The notes: generated by a model from the letters alone, not told the origin. DNA of 47,000 nt from Takakia lepidozioides (GCA_030704615.1 JAKLZA010000024.1:1-47000); one strand, 5' to 3'. Shown: positions 10,772 through 24,812, numbered from the stretch's first letter. A program made the numbers and translations.

Positions 10772-13700
10772 CTATTTAGACATGTAAGTAAAATGAGCTA
10801 TACACAATTGATGGAAAAGTCGTCTAGCATCTTCTTGGAGGCGGTTCACTAGATGCTGCGAGAGCCACACATTGGGCACCTGCTGCAGGCACGTGAAGGA
10901 GAGACAGTGGGAATCAGGGTGAGGAGAGCAGAGCAAGTCCACAATGCCAAGCCAGTCTGAGAAGGGCAGCTGTGTGCTATACTGAAGTGAGACACATTCA
11001 CGCCCCGCTTGCGCAGATAGTAACTGCGCCAAAACTCCAGTAACGCTCGAATGTACGCAAGACTCTCACGTCTGCTGCCTCAACGACTGCATGTATAACT
11101 GCAAGTCCCATTTCGCTCCGCAAAAATGAAAAATATGAGTGAGTGTTCAGTACACATATGTTGTCCTGCCACTCCAAATGAATCCATCATCAGTGAAATG
11201 AGCAACCAAGAAGCAAAAATGATGATGTACAGTACACTCGATAAAAGGAATTGTGAACACAGTACATCCAATTCCAGTAGTAAGTTAGTAGTATCCTCTG
11301 TTGAATAGACTTCCAGACTCACACACTACCTCTGACATGCAGAGGCAAACATAAAACATAGAAACAAGATGCCTTCAGCAAATGTGAAGGTTCAGCATGA
11401 TCTGCATCCTCAACTGGTTGACTGAATACCTGATTTATGTCGCTGAGCCGCACAGCACACATGAGGTCCCGCAGCAGCCGCAGCGTATTGTGTGATACAA
11501 ACGCTGTAACCTTGCAACAATCATCCTCTTCCCCATGATAGATGGCTGGCATGGTACCAACCCTGTAGCCCTCATTGCCCATGATTGTACGCCTTGCAGT
11601 AGAGCACACAGCAGTCAACCCCAGCCTTGTAGTATCCATCTGCTGGCATCTCCTGAAGTAATCCAGAGAGAGTACAACAGATCGAACGAAGACATTCGAG
11701 TCCACCAGGTTTGTTACAAGGACCTGCGGGGATTCATGTCATGCACAACAACAGCCATGTCAAACATTCTAGGAACACAAGAGCCCCCCACAAGCACTGT
11801 GTCTTCACTGACTACGATGAAAGTTCCCAGCAAGCCTACCCTTGAGACAGTACAGGCAATTAACAAGATGCATAAGCACCTCCCTGAAAGTCCTGAAACA
11901 TTGCAATGCAAACAAATGGAGGAGGTTCAACAGGACAGGATTGGGCACTTGTAGTGCGAGCAACAAGTCACGTGTCAATCTATGTGGTACCAACCTCCAC
12001 AAATTGATCAAACTTATCCCCTGCCAGCAATCTGTTGAGCTGCTGGAACAACACTTGGTTGAATTTGATAAGCTCCCCAAGAAGATCAAAGTTGATCTGA
12101 ACACAACAGCAAAACCAAGCACAGATACCCACGAAGTTCAAGTGGTTTACAAGATCTCAGTAAAAAAGGGTTCCAGAACAACCACTGTAATCAAAGAGTG
12201 CACATTTTGCACACAAGCTGGCAAAAGAGGAGACAGAAACAAGGGTGCTCTCAGGGATATCGCCACAGACCTGCAAAGAGGTAGCACAACGGAAACCGCC
12301 TTTCAAATTTCAGTTATAAGATGCTCCATCAGCCCTGTCGATGCCACAAAATTCCTGCATGCTTCAAGACTCAGCTTTGGTTTCTGGACACTGACAAAGT
12401 GTGAAATGAACAACACAACAACAACAGCTCAGAGTGCAGGATGGGGTCTAATACCTGATCCTTGGCGTCGGCCCCTCTCAAGAATGCTTCAACACATGAG
12501 GCCAGCCCAGAACCTGTCAATGTCCATGCCATGCCATGTAAATGTCAAGTCGTGGGAACCCAACAACGAACATGCAAGAGGAGAGACCATAATTTACTAG
12601 TTCTACACACAAAACACAAAATCAGAGGACAAAATGTACCGATAAAGAGAGTCTGCTGGCTCGTTAACTAGGATTTTGAGAATCTTGACCATCAGGCCAT
12701 CTGTGTCCTTGGGCTCGACATTCGAATGGACCGACCAGTTACTCTCCTGCATCCACACTAGGTAGTTTAAGAGCAAATCTGAAGGTGCATATACACAAAA
12801 GTACAGGGATTTTTCAACATCTTGGACATCCTAGCAACCTAGTAGATGCAGTCGTAAACAGACAGAAAAACCCACAACATGTAAACCACCCACAGCATCT
12901 GAATAAAATAATGGCAAGTACCTTGAATGCAGTTGGAAGTAACAGCAGCTGCTTATTAGCACGATTGCAACTATCACGATCACAAAAGTTGTGGATCAAC
13001 CTCAGATACTGAATCTTAAGGGCCTGCACATAACAGCACACCGACAACTTAAGCACAGATGCGATTGCCGACTTCCTAGCTTTCACCCACCAGGGCCTTT
13101 TGACAAAGCACTTACCGACTTAGGATTGCAGGCACAGCCTAAGCCATGAATACCCCGCAAGTTTGAGCGTGGGTGTGTTGCCTTCCAGTCCAGCTTGTCA
13201 AACATGTGTGTCAGGACATCCACCAACCCCAGTTCTGCCAGAGCATTTTGAACCTGTACCCACCAACCTCACCTAGGTCACTCAACCCAGGAAATGACAA
13301 TGAAGGTGATGCAATTGGTGCACATCAACTAAGCACACAAGTCAGAAAGTCAAGGGCATAAACGCAAACCTGCTCCCTCTTCTTCCCTCCACACAGGCAC
13401 AAAGGACAAAGAGAACCTCCACGTGATGCTGCAACCTCCCCCAGACCAGGCAACTTTGTCAGCGCACTGTCATGATCAACTTTTGCAGAACAGGAACATT
13501 TGAAAGCCAAAGAGTGTCAAACAAGAAAACTTTTCTCAGATTGCTCAAGCAAGAACCAGAACTTTCCCCATTGTTCTGACCAAGTCCCTTCCCCACCAAT
13601 TTTCAACTTGCATTGTGGAGGGGCAAGCATGTCCTTGTTTTCAAGGATCATAGAAAGTGTTCAAAAGGTACAACCATATAAGATATAAATATATTGCATT

Positions 13701-16340
13701 ATATATTCAAACATTTGTGGATTTGATTTGAGTATCATATGCTATACAAAATATTAGCAATGGGCCATGAATTCATATATTCAATGCAATTGTTTTGAGT
13801 TAGCAAAATCGTCTGTTCATAGTCGTAAGCTAAGTAATGTCCCATCATCTAAACTTTTTCGAACCATTCTTGAACTTCCTCCCCTTCATCTCTTTCCTCT
13901 TTTTCCTGCTTATCTCCTCTTGTATTTCTCTCCTCGGGATAATCTCCCTTCTCTTCTATTCCGTCTCCCGCATGCACTCTCTTTATAGCCCGCTCCGTGC
14001 CTCACGCACTTTACGATGATGCATCAAAGTCCATTTCCTACTTTTTGTCCTCTTATTTCTTCACCCCTCTTCTTTTCTTCCACAAAACTGCTGACCGAAA
14101 TGCATGAGTTTTAATCACCAGTTCCTCCCAAACTAGGAGCTTGCTTTCATGTTATGCTGGCAAGTAATCGGAACTTTGGATCCCAAACTACCTTAACCGA
14201 AGTCCCCTTTCCTTTCTTTACACCAAGAGGTGAGACAACATATTGCACTTCATGAAAGAGGACATACGAAAGAGTCCATTAAAAGGAAGATGAAAGCTTA
14301 CTGCGGCGTAAGTTATGATACTGGTAGAAAGCCCCATGCGATCTACAAACGTGATGTTCCAATCCAGAATCGCATCATCCATCAGACTCACACCTGCACC
14401 ACTCTGTAGAGACTGTGAGGCCAAGGCCATCACCTCCCTAGTTTCCGCATGTGTAGTGATGGTACTGTCATCTACAGCTTGGCTTCGACTTTCACTTGCA
14501 GGATTCAAGATGCCCTCTACCGCACCACCCTCGACTGACATGCTTGCAGCAAAGTCAGCAACCTCTGATGACAGAAGTGCCTGCCACCAACACAAACGTA
14601 TTTGAAGGTCACAGCCACAACGCTTATGTCCTTTCACAATGTGGTTGAACCATAAGCAACCAAACGTATACTGGCACTGGTTGAGGCTGGAACAAGGAGC
14701 AGCATATGTTGCATGAAATGGAAGCATATGGTTGAACAAGGTCATAGAGATGAACTACCCAAATGCCACCCTGATCACTACAACTCACTAAACCTTTTGC
14801 TCTATATCATACAGAACTAACCTAGCACCACTTCAGCCTGACAGCAATAGGGTTTATGAAGAAAGTGTTAGAATTGGCTCCAACAAATACCCACCTCTCG
14901 ATTGTAAGGTACCCTGTCAAACATCAACAGCTTCCTCACAAGTCGCGCAAGAATGTCAGGAATGACCAGAATTGCATCGTGATTCACGTCTGCCACTGTC
15001 CATTCCAACTCCTCAGCCTTGTCTTTTGCTGCTGTGTGCCACTCTCTGCACTTCGCTCCTGCCCCATTCCCACATGCAAAAACTGAGGGAGCCATACAAC
15101 CATTGCCAATTGCCAATTGTATGCATCAGGCTGCAGAAGTGAGATTCACTACAAATGGAAAAAGAGTTACCTCGGGTTCAAATACAACCATTGCAAGGAC
15201 ACGGCAGAATGCAGCCAGCTGCCTTGACGAGAAATTGTGACGAGGCTCATGAAGTCTGGAATGTCCTGCACCTTCAAAGTATCTTCCCTAGCTGCAAGGA
15301 CCTCTTCTGCAAGCCCCACCGCTGTGCAGTAGAAAACAGACAGCAGCTCAGATTCTAGTTTTGAGACAAGTGCAAGAGCATAATCCCCAGGAAAGTCAAA
15401 AGATTTGGGCAACCTACAGCAAAACTAGATCATCACTTTCCAGCCTACTTTAAGAACAACTGAAACTTCACCGTGATGTGACAACTTACCATGATCAAAT
15501 GTAGTGGGATTTGCCATCATAGCAAACAATTTGATTGCAAAATCTCGATGACCCGTCAAAGACTCTGGAAAGTAGGGTACTGTGAAGCATAATTCCCGTA
15601 AAACGTTGAGGCACTCCTTTCGAACTGAGAGGATCTTTGAACTGGCCTCACTTGGGAAGGACAGAAAAGACACCGAAGAAGAAGCGTATCCCCTCCAAAG
15701 AGCACGAATGCCTCGCGATTCAGCTGATGGTGCGGGCTGTTCAACTCACAGATGCTATGTGAAAGCGTGCTTAACAGTCGCCCACATGTCTCGACCTGAT
15801 TGGCTACTAAAGCACTCTCCAAATCCATGCACAAGGGTGCCATATTATGTGATGTGCTCTGTAGGCGGCAATATACAGCCCTCGGCAGCTGCCTCAACGA
15901 CTTGCATGCCTTGCCTGAAATCTGTGCCCTAAATATAACACTCAGCACGCAATCATCCCCGGTATGCCTGCCGCCCCACCAGCACATCTCCTGATCACTC
16001 TTGCTTTCCCCTGTACCCAATTGATCCTTGGACCTGGACCCATCTTTTGCTACTTTGACCCAACTTTAGACAACACAGCAGGGTGTTGTTTCAGATTGCC
16101 CCGCAACATCATAGAGACTTGAATGAAACAATGATCTACAGGAATGCTTTCCTTTCTCCAATTGGATCGACCTCCTCGATCTGCCATCATCCCAACTTGA
16201 GGATCTCACTTCCGTGATCCATCACCAAGTACAGTGGAAGGAACCACATCCTTCTGCTCAATTGCAAAGTAAGACCGTCCTCCAAGATGAGTGTGTGGCA
16301 GGATCTACACAACCCAATTCTCCAACCTCAGCATCCATCG
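10772..16340 (-). CDS. TRPC4AP: TRPC4AP/TRUSS-like protein (DUF3689 family, multi-exon)
   Basis: Exons encode DFAIKLFAMMANPTTFDH, AVGLAEEVLAAREDTLKVQDIPDF, RQLAAFCRVLAMVVFEPE, MFDKLDW, ALKIQYLRLIHNFCD, LASCVEAFLRGAD, DINQ-DNICVLNT and CVSLQYSTQLPFSDW. These parallel human TRPC4AP motifs (QQLANFCRILAV, LKIQFLRLL, AVESFLRG, QENVSCLNT). Stop at 10772-10774; the 5' end is uncertain. Confidence 0.85.
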
Positions 16341-16469
16341 ATGCTCTTCTCACAATTCTAGCAACTGACCCATAACTTCCAGTGGTGTTCTCGGAGACTG
16401 ACCCTCAGACCCTCCAGGGGCATCTAGGGATAGGTGCCTATTATAAAAGCAGACACAATACCTGACACG

Positions 16470-16724
16470 CTTTTTCTTTTCTTCTCTTTTCTTTTCTTCT
16501 TTTTTTTTGAGAAAAAGGGACGGAGCCCTGTTCATCAAATTAGATGAGGAGGGAAATCCTTTTTCCCAGCCCCAGCAACTGGGCCTTTAGAGGGAAAGTA
16601 AACCCCCTTTTCTGAGCCATGGAGGCATTACATGGGCAGCGCCCCACAGGTAGACAAATGACAGGGGTTTGAACCGCAGACCCACAGGCCAATACACAAG
16701 TGGCTTACTACCTGCCCACAGCTC
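16470..16724 (-). mobile_element. tRNA-derived SINE
   Basis: On the minus strand: a tRNA-like head with B box GGTTCAAACCC and an A/AG-rich tail (T-rich on + at 16470-16509). Shares an internal motif with the copy at 26790-27000. Confidence 0.6.
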
Positions 16725-18500
16725 TATATTGTCTCTTTTTAGGATTTTATTATAAGCCTCTTTGAGGTGGCCAAATTTTTGCATGGTAAGGAAATAAAAT
16801 TGAACTTATAGGCTCCTCCCTAAGGAAAGACAAAAAGAAAGACGAAGTGATGTACCTTTCCTAGGTACAATACTTTTCCCTTCCAAATGGAAGGCAGCAG
16901 CCTTTTGGGGTGAAATGACACCACAATTTACTCTTGCTTCCGCAAGACTGGTTCTTCCTTCATTTCTCAAATCCTTTCAGTGTTTTTTCCTTTTCCTTTT
17001 TTTTAAAGGGAAGCAACTGGGAGTGACAGCTCGCAAATCAGGCCCCTCAGTGTTTTGACATTGAGTTCCATTATATTTAGTTGGCTTTAGTTCCAACATA
17101 CAACTTCATTATTTCAATTCCACCACATTAAGTTCATTTCAGTTTTATCCTCTCACATTTGTTCTTTGTATTCAAGTTTTTATTAATATTTCACAACTTC
17201 TTTTTTCTAAACTTCACATTTACTATTTTTTAAACTATTTTAAGTGTTTTGTTTTGGTTTTTCAACCATTTTGTTTTGTAATCCTACTCGCATGGATATA
17301 AATTATTCGTGCATTGTTTGGTGATTGTATGTTTGATTTTTTTTTAATTTATTGCATTATGTTCAAACTGCTTCAATGAGAATCTCTTTCAAAATAAATT
17401 TTCCATTCATTTTTTTGAATGGATTATTTTTGAACTATATAGCATATTTATTATTCATGTATTTATTCCAAAACAATAAAAAATGGTTATGAGTGTCGCA
17501 TATGAAAATCTATAATATGACAAGTGTGGTTATTTGTGGAGACCAATAATTTATGGTCTCATATTAATAGATAAAATTATGTTTACATTTTTCTTTGCTG
17601 GTGTCTTTTCTAGGTAGCTCTAGCTGCTATGAACGTTGAAGACAAAACTGGAGATAAATTATGAACAACGGGAACAGAAATGCGGCACCGCATTTCTGTC
17701 CGAGTCGCACTTTCCGACATTCCAGAACGGGCACTTTCATGGCTCCCAAGGTGGTGAGGGAAAACATTGCGCTTGAGTCGTCAAGTTTTTCTTCCCCTCC
17801 TGTGGTGGCCTCCTTATGAACCACGTTTTGCCTGTTGACGAGGTGCTTGTCTAGGTCGCCTGGGCTTGAAACATTCTTTGGACCAGTGTCCCGGCATGCC
17901 ACAATTAAAGTCGTTCCAGGTCTGCGACGATACTGTGTAGTGCTGTTGTTATCGTGGTTTTCTGAAATTTGATCTGTCTCCGTATTCGGGACGCTGGCTT
18001 GTTGAATGTGTGTGTTGTGCTTAGTGCAGAAAACAAGACCTGAATAATTTCTTCGTCATTTTATTTTGATCCCACTATTGAACAACTTATGACAATAAAC
18101 AGATGAATTTCAAGTTTGTTATAGATGAAAGTAGATTCCACTATTCACAAAGAGGAGCCATACGCGACTTGTTAAATATATTTTTATTTTACTTTCAAAT
18201 AATCTTTACAAAAGCTATAATTTTCTAAGAGATTTCACCATAAATATTTTACAACATAATTCTTCATTTACAAAAAATTTGACGAACATTTATCGTATAA
18301 AATCTTAGTTCACCAAATTATCTATTATTATCGACCTAGTATGTCTCACAACTTGATCATATGGGAACAAATGTCCAACTCAAATTATATTGAATCATAT
18401 TGGACTTAATCATAAACCAATATTTACTATTTACCTAGTCATTTACATTGATCCTATCATTATTTTCAAGTACTATAATAATAAATATAATGTTCTTTAA

Positions 18501-19327
18501 CCCCTAATGGACGAGGCGACCCGTTTCGGGTCGCGTCAGGGTCGCTAAAAATCATCCACGATGGCAAATCGTTGGATGACCTTGGATGAAAAAACTTTAT
18601 GAACGAAAGTTGTGCACCTTGATGTCATGCACCTACCCGTCTTTATGGCACCCTAAAATAATGAAAGTCCTGCCGTCAGTAATTTTTTTTAGTGTGTACG
18701 GGTGCCCAAATTGGTCGTCCAGCAGCTTTGACTTAGTGACGTGGCAGGCTGAAGGGGTGACAACAAGGCAAAAGTACAAATGGAAACAAATGCAAATCTC
18801 TGCCTGAATTTTTGTTAGAATTCTGAATTTCTTTTTGGAGTAGTAGTTCATCATTCAAGGAACATTTTCACCGCAACAATTGTGATTCCAAGGAAATTTC
18901 GACCCCCTAAGCCTGAATTACATGTCATTTGAGATTCATGGTGTGTTTTGAACCCCTGTTTTTCCATACAAAGCAACCTTATCAAGATTTTGGAATTCTG
19001 CTTTGAAATTTGGGGCAACATGCTTTAGGTGCCACATAATTGGAATCTGGATGGGGTCTTGCGAGGAAAAAATAGTTTGTCGATCCAATTTCCTGGTCAC
19101 TCTAAATTTGGAGTGTACCCCAAATTTGGGGCTTGCAAATTTCTTATAATCTTCGAAACGACACGGTGGAATGAGCTGAAATTTTCACAGAAGTTGGATG
19201 AAGTAGGTAGCCTCCCATTCATACGGTTCATCCCTGTGGATGTTAGTTTCCTGAGAGATATACCCTCATCCGTGAGGGTATGTCCTGTTTGGAGGGGCCC
19301 ACCAAAAACTGCCTCGTCCATTAGGGG
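18501..19327. mobile_element. Non-autonomous DNA transposon (MITE) with piggyBac-type ends
   Basis: Perfect 17-bp TIR CCCCTAATGGACGAGGC / GCCTCGTCCATTAGGGG, flanked by TTAA at 18497-18500 and 19328-19331. Subterminal hairpins are present and there is no transposase ORF. Confidence 0.88.
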
Positions 19328-19399
19328 TTAATTAGAACTTATAGATATTTTAAAATATTCTTAATACGTTCCAATGTGTTTTCCAAGGTTGGCTAAATG

Positions 19400-20850
19400 T
19401 TGAACAACTCCCCCCACCGCAAAGGCTAAGTCTAGACAAGTACATACCATCACATATCTGGCAGCCCACAGCTTGTTGATAATGGATATGCTACACAGCT
19501 TGATGATCATTGCTCTCGGGTGAGTTTAGTATTTGCTTCCAAAAGAATACCCACTCGTTTGCTAATGTTGATTCATACAAAAACTTTGGAGAAGTGTCTA
19601 AATATAGTGTTGTTGATACAACGGGTAGCATGATTACGAGAAACTTGAATACCCCACATAGTGTACATGACCATTATCAGTCATTCCATAGGTGGATTTT
19701 AACTAATTCTTGGACCTATCCAAGAGGAAAGGGGGATTAATCAATTGCGGAGCTTCTGTCAAGTCTTGATGGTGAAGGTGATGTTTGATTCTTGTATGGA
19801 TACTTCTAGAATTTGTAAGACCATTTTAGGGATTGATGCTTGCGTGAAAGAAGGATTTTGGTGTTGTTGGTGATGCTCCTCTTTAGAAGACGGCCATGTG
19901 GATCATCATCCCTACCTACATTCAACATAAAAGTGTAAGAGGTAATTGTTGCCCTAGGCAGAACGACAGGATCTGGACAACACAATGTATCTGTTATTGC
20001 ACAAATAGACTTTGCAGACATGTAGGAGCAAAAGGGTGGAGCTTGAAGCCCCTCTCTGAGCATGCAGTTCCTTTTGTCTTTTGGGCGCTTGTAAAAAAAT
20101 CCACAAAACGAAGTTCACGAATGTGTTGATATTGGGGTAGCCTAGAAAATGCCTCCGCTATTTGCGAACTCGATGGATGTATGAGCATATGGAGTAGGGG
20201 TACATATGCCCACCCCATCTTGATGTCGACACATTTTCTCCCTTGTTAAGATTACCTTTGTGCGTACAAATTGCTAACTTTTAGCTGCAATCTAAATTGG
20301 GAATCCATCAAATGGATATTAAAATTGCATTCTTACATGATATATTACAAGAAGAAATTTTATATGTATATATCTAAATGCTTTTGCCAGGAACCAAGGT
20401 TTGTCAGTTACTCCATAGCTTTTATGGCCTTAACAAGCTCGTGGAGTGTGGTACGAGCGCATTGACATTGATCTTCACGGTGTTAACTTCCATTGGACTC
20501 ACTCCAATTCTAATGTACATATCAAGCTTTTTTATCATTTCATGATAGCTTTGTATGTGGATGATGTCTTTTTTTTTCTTTTTTTTGTGATGATCTCCCT
20601 CTCTTTTCTCTTGAACACAAAGAATAAATTACAATCCACCTATGAAATGACTATTTCACTATTTCTTGGTACTCAAGTTTCTAGTAATAGTGTTGCCTAC
20701 ACTATAACTTTAACTCAACAACACTATATATCTTGACTCATCTCCAACGTTTTCACATCCAGTCGCTAGCAAACCAATGGTACTCCTTCACTTCGTTCAC
20801 TTGAGAGCAATGTCCCACAAATACTCACGATCATCAAGGTTTGCAGTATA
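19400..20850 (+). mobile_element. Ty1/Copia pol remnant (integrase traces and reverse transcriptase)
   Basis: Degenerate RT motifs MDIKIAFLH, YGL...VWYERID, IALYVDDV and TITLTQQHYI. Eroded integrase-like sequence lies upstream, in Copia domain order. Many stops. Confidence 0.85.
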
Positions 20851-21859
20851 TCTGTTAAGAAGCAAGACGTCGATGCAAGCTGAAGGATGGAGCAGGAAAA
20901 GAGTCGGTAAGAAGCAGACATGATCTGAAGCTGTTTGTACCAACGATATAAATTGCTCAGCCTGCACGCATGGTCAAAGAGGACCTGACACTTAAAAATG
21001 GAGACACACTACATATGTAGTGTGAATGGGTGGGGGTTTTACCATTCTCTAAATTTATAATGTGAATGCATGAGAAGCATTATCCGTCCAGTGAAGAAAT
21101 GTTAAAGTTTTTTTCTATTTGACTGATAAAACCCTGTGTATTTTTCATTCGTGGAAACGACGTATATCATTCGCTGATGATGATATCCTAGAATGAGGGA
21201 GACGAATGTCGGCGGCGAATCAAGGCTGATGTTGCGGGCAAAGGAATGGGCAGAGCGGGGAGCTCTGGGTTGCTGAATCTACTTTGTCAACTCTTGATTT
21301 TGTCCTAAGGCTTGAGTTGATTAGTAGTAATATAGGAAGATAAGAGATAGTTAGGAAGGCACGCCTTGGTAATTTGCGCTGCTGCAAAGGAGAGAGCGGT
21401 GCTGTCATGGCCTTGATGATTTGATGACTTGAGCTGGCTGGAGGATGAGCTTGCCACGGTGGTGAAAAGATTTGTGTGCATAATCTTTGTTTGGGAAGCG
21501 CTAATAAGGACAATGACAACAGAGGTATGGTTGTGCTGCCAGCAGCTGCAGTGACATCAAGCTGCTGATGATTTGTGAAATCTGGATTACTAGGGGATGA
21601 GTGCTACTGGGGGGCGGTGATGAATTATACCAAAAACGATTCCACCAAATTATGAAGTCTATTGCACCAAAAGTGATGTACTTTATGTTATTGAGAGCCA
21701 AATCAACAAATTATACTGTCTGCAAGATTATTGTTTATGAAAAATCGTAAGTTAAAAGTCATAATATTTATATAAATTTAATTTCTTTAATGCCACGAGC
21801 AAAGATAAATCATGGTAATGAAAAACGTTGAATTTGTGTCAGAAAAATGGTAAATATGA

Positions 21860-23000
21860 AGATGATCAGGTAATTTAAATGCAATGTATATGGGTTTATG
21901 GTCCGTCCAATATATGCTTATGTGCATCTTGATTGACAACCATTAACAATTTGCATTGGTCCATATCTGGTCTATTTGAGAATCATAATTTGTTGTACTA
22001 TCGGATAATCTTGGAGTTTCTTGGATTCGGGGGATAGTTGCAACATATCTACATTGAAATCCCCAATAAAAATCATGGGACAAGATTGAGGAGCTTTGAT
22101 GTAGAATTTGTCAAAATGTGAAGGAAATCTTCTAAGTGCATTGTTGGAGGTTTATATTGCTATGACATGTAATGCTTTTCGTGTATTGAAGTTCAATGAA
22201 GCTGCAATAAATTCAGTACCATTATGTGTGCGTATTTCATGGGTGACAAAGTCAGATTTTTATCATACATTATCAGTGCGACATGATTATCGTAACAAGA
22301 TAAAACATTAAATTTATCATTTATAAAATGTGACCCAATTTGTTGAATTGTTTATGCGGGTTTCGTTAAATATGAGATGTTTGAAGGTTATAATCTTTTG
22401 TTATATCATCATGATGTTGTTGAAGTGATCGAGTATTTAATGATTGCACAATAAGATATGATCCTCTAAGGTGTTTGAGAATAGGTATGGTTAATTCGTA
22501 TTTAGCCGATGTCCGCAACCTTTTCATGTCATCAAGTACCGACTTATCAACTTGAAAAATTCTTTGATTCCAAACGATTTAACAAGTACAAATTTTTTTT
22601 GTGCGAATCTTAGACAATGCGTATATGGGTCGTTTAAGATAATCACATATCCAAGATATTGCAGTGAAATCCCCCCACAAACCTCCTGAAGTAGCACTTA
22701 GCGACATTTTCACGACATAATCATTCTCATTACAAGCGGCACCATTGTATAAATCAAAGGAAAATTTCGAGGTTCAATTCATTTGAGTCAACATTGTTGA
22801 GCTTTAGGTGTATTTAATATTAGACATTGGTTTAAATATTGCATGCTATTTGTCTTATTGATAATGAAGATTGTGCATATCGGAAGAAATGTGAAATCGA
22901 ATAAAAAATACAATCACCAATGATATAGGGATATGAAGAATTACATCGTAAATGCAGTTTTTAAGAGCTACATCTATGAAGTCATTATTAAATGTTCCCA
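21860..23000 (-). mobile_element. Helentron-type (endonuclease-encoding) Helitron remnant
   Basis: Minus strand, in order: OTU-like GDCIFYSISH and WGDFTAISWICDYLKRPIY; PIF1 motif-VI-like ALSKIRTKKNLYLL (needs small indel fixes); AP-endonuclease motifs SLNTRSL, FNETRI, VIAIYKPP, FIGDFNVD, SQIDQIWTN and YWTDHKPIY. Confidence 0.8.
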
Positions 23001-23329
23001 TTTTGTAGAATTAAGAAATTGTTGTTTATTTTTCAATGGTAAATTAATTAATTATATATATATATATTCCCAGAACAGGGTATATTATCTGATTAATTTT
23101 ATTCATAAATTATTAAGGGGAAAAAATTAAAACCCCAATTAAGCCATAAGGCACACACACACTGCGTATATATTTTATAGTTTGAATACAATGTTACAAA
23201 CATGAAATTCTTAATTAATATATTCAAATTTAAATTAAATCTTCACAAATCTCACCATAGTTTCGTCACCAAAATATCATAATTGATCCCAAAAATTGTC
23301 ACAAATAGTTCACATATCACGAGAGGACG

Positions 23330-24130
23330 ATGACATTTTTAGGGGGTTTCTTCTTTCGCGGGCTCGGCACGTTGTTCAAGAGTGACGTGAGGTGTGTGGT
23401 GGTGATACCTAGCGATGTGGGTTTGAGAGAGACCATGGACGTGGTGTACCTAGCAGGGGCGGTATGGATGTTGCCATTTTGCAGGGAAATTTCATACAGA
23501 GGCTTATTTGATGCCTCTCAACCTCCAAAGTGGAAAGACTGGCTATGTGTTTGGATATGGACTCACCTAGGGCATGAAGTCCCAAGAGTTTGGCATGGTG
23601 AGGGGGCGTACAAAGCCTCTCACGCGGACAGGGGCTATTCAAGTGGACCAGTGAACAAACAAACAAGGGCCATGTGAAAGGCATGGTGGTGGGAGGACAT
23701 GGATTCCAAGCCCTCTTAACAAAGTTCATCCCTACCTCTTCACTACACCTTGTAATCATACTTTTCAATGCAGCAGTAGCAGGATCGGGGCAAGGCTCTG
23801 AGACAGGATATTGAATAGTCGCAAGTCATGGAGGAGAAGGTGAGTGAACAACTTTCTTCTTGGACATGGCACTCCCTCGTGTTCCATCCAAATTTTGCCC
23901 AATCTGGGCACGGACTAAAGCTATGATTCCAAAGTTGCAAAGGGTTGCCACTCCTTTGTGGCATACACTTTTGTGGCTTGGGATGGTTTGCATTCCTTGC
24001 ATGAGAGTGGTGCATGAGAGGAGGGTGCGGATGATTTGATGTTGTGGCTTCCATGTTTTCAGACGAGCTCCCAAGCTCATCTCCACAAACGGTTTAAAAA
24101 AGCGTAGATGAGATGATAAACAATACAACT
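23330..24130 (-). mobile_element. Possible LINE 3' (zf-RVT-like) remnant
   Basis: GC-richer island. The minus-strand WAKFGWN..CHVQEESCS(H)L...CDYS resembles the zinc-binding region downstream of LINE RT. Heavily decayed. Confidence 0.35.
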
Positions 24131-24812
24131 TGGTAGAAGAACTAAGAAGCTGTCAACTTTCTCTTACCAACAATTTATCATATACATCTATCTTCATTGT
24201 AACGGAGACCATGATTAACTTAGCAGAGATGATGGTGGTTGATTTAGTACTTGGGTGGTAGATTGACCATGCATTGAGATAATGCTTCAGTCTAGCATGA
24301 TAATTGTTTGCTGACCACCCAGTAGGCAAGGCTAATGATGGCTTGTGGAAATAAAATCAATTATCTTAATTTGGTTAGTTAGTTTGAGATAAATCCATTT
24401 TAATAAACAAGTATAAAAAATTCGGATGACACAATTATTATCCATCAGGAATTAACCTTATGTGCACCTCATAGCTACTATCACCTCACCCTACCAATAG
24501 ACTACTCATAGTTGCATAATAAACATTTTCATTCTAAAATATCTAATAATAAGTATAGTCACATGGCACATGTTCTTTTATTTTCATTTTCGACAAAACC
24601 TATTGTTTGTTTTAGCATATCTCTCCATTGCTGCCTTATGACACTGATTCGGGAGGGCAATATTTTTCTAATATTTTAATATTTTACTAATTTATATTCC
24701 CTTGCATTTGTTTTGAAAAAAAAGAAAATATGCAACTAAAATTGTATTTCATGTATCGTTTGTAAAAGACATTATGGGGCCCATCCCTTCATATGACTAT
24801 ATTGGACTTGAT

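Noticed and set aside
11535-12600. Long + strand ORFs (139 and 252 aa)
   Set aside because: Antisense shadows across TRPC4AP exons and introns, with no recognisable motifs.
20852-21710. LTR inserted into the Copia RT
   Set aside because: It starts with TGTT where RT similarity ends, but I found no matching CA end with a TSD.
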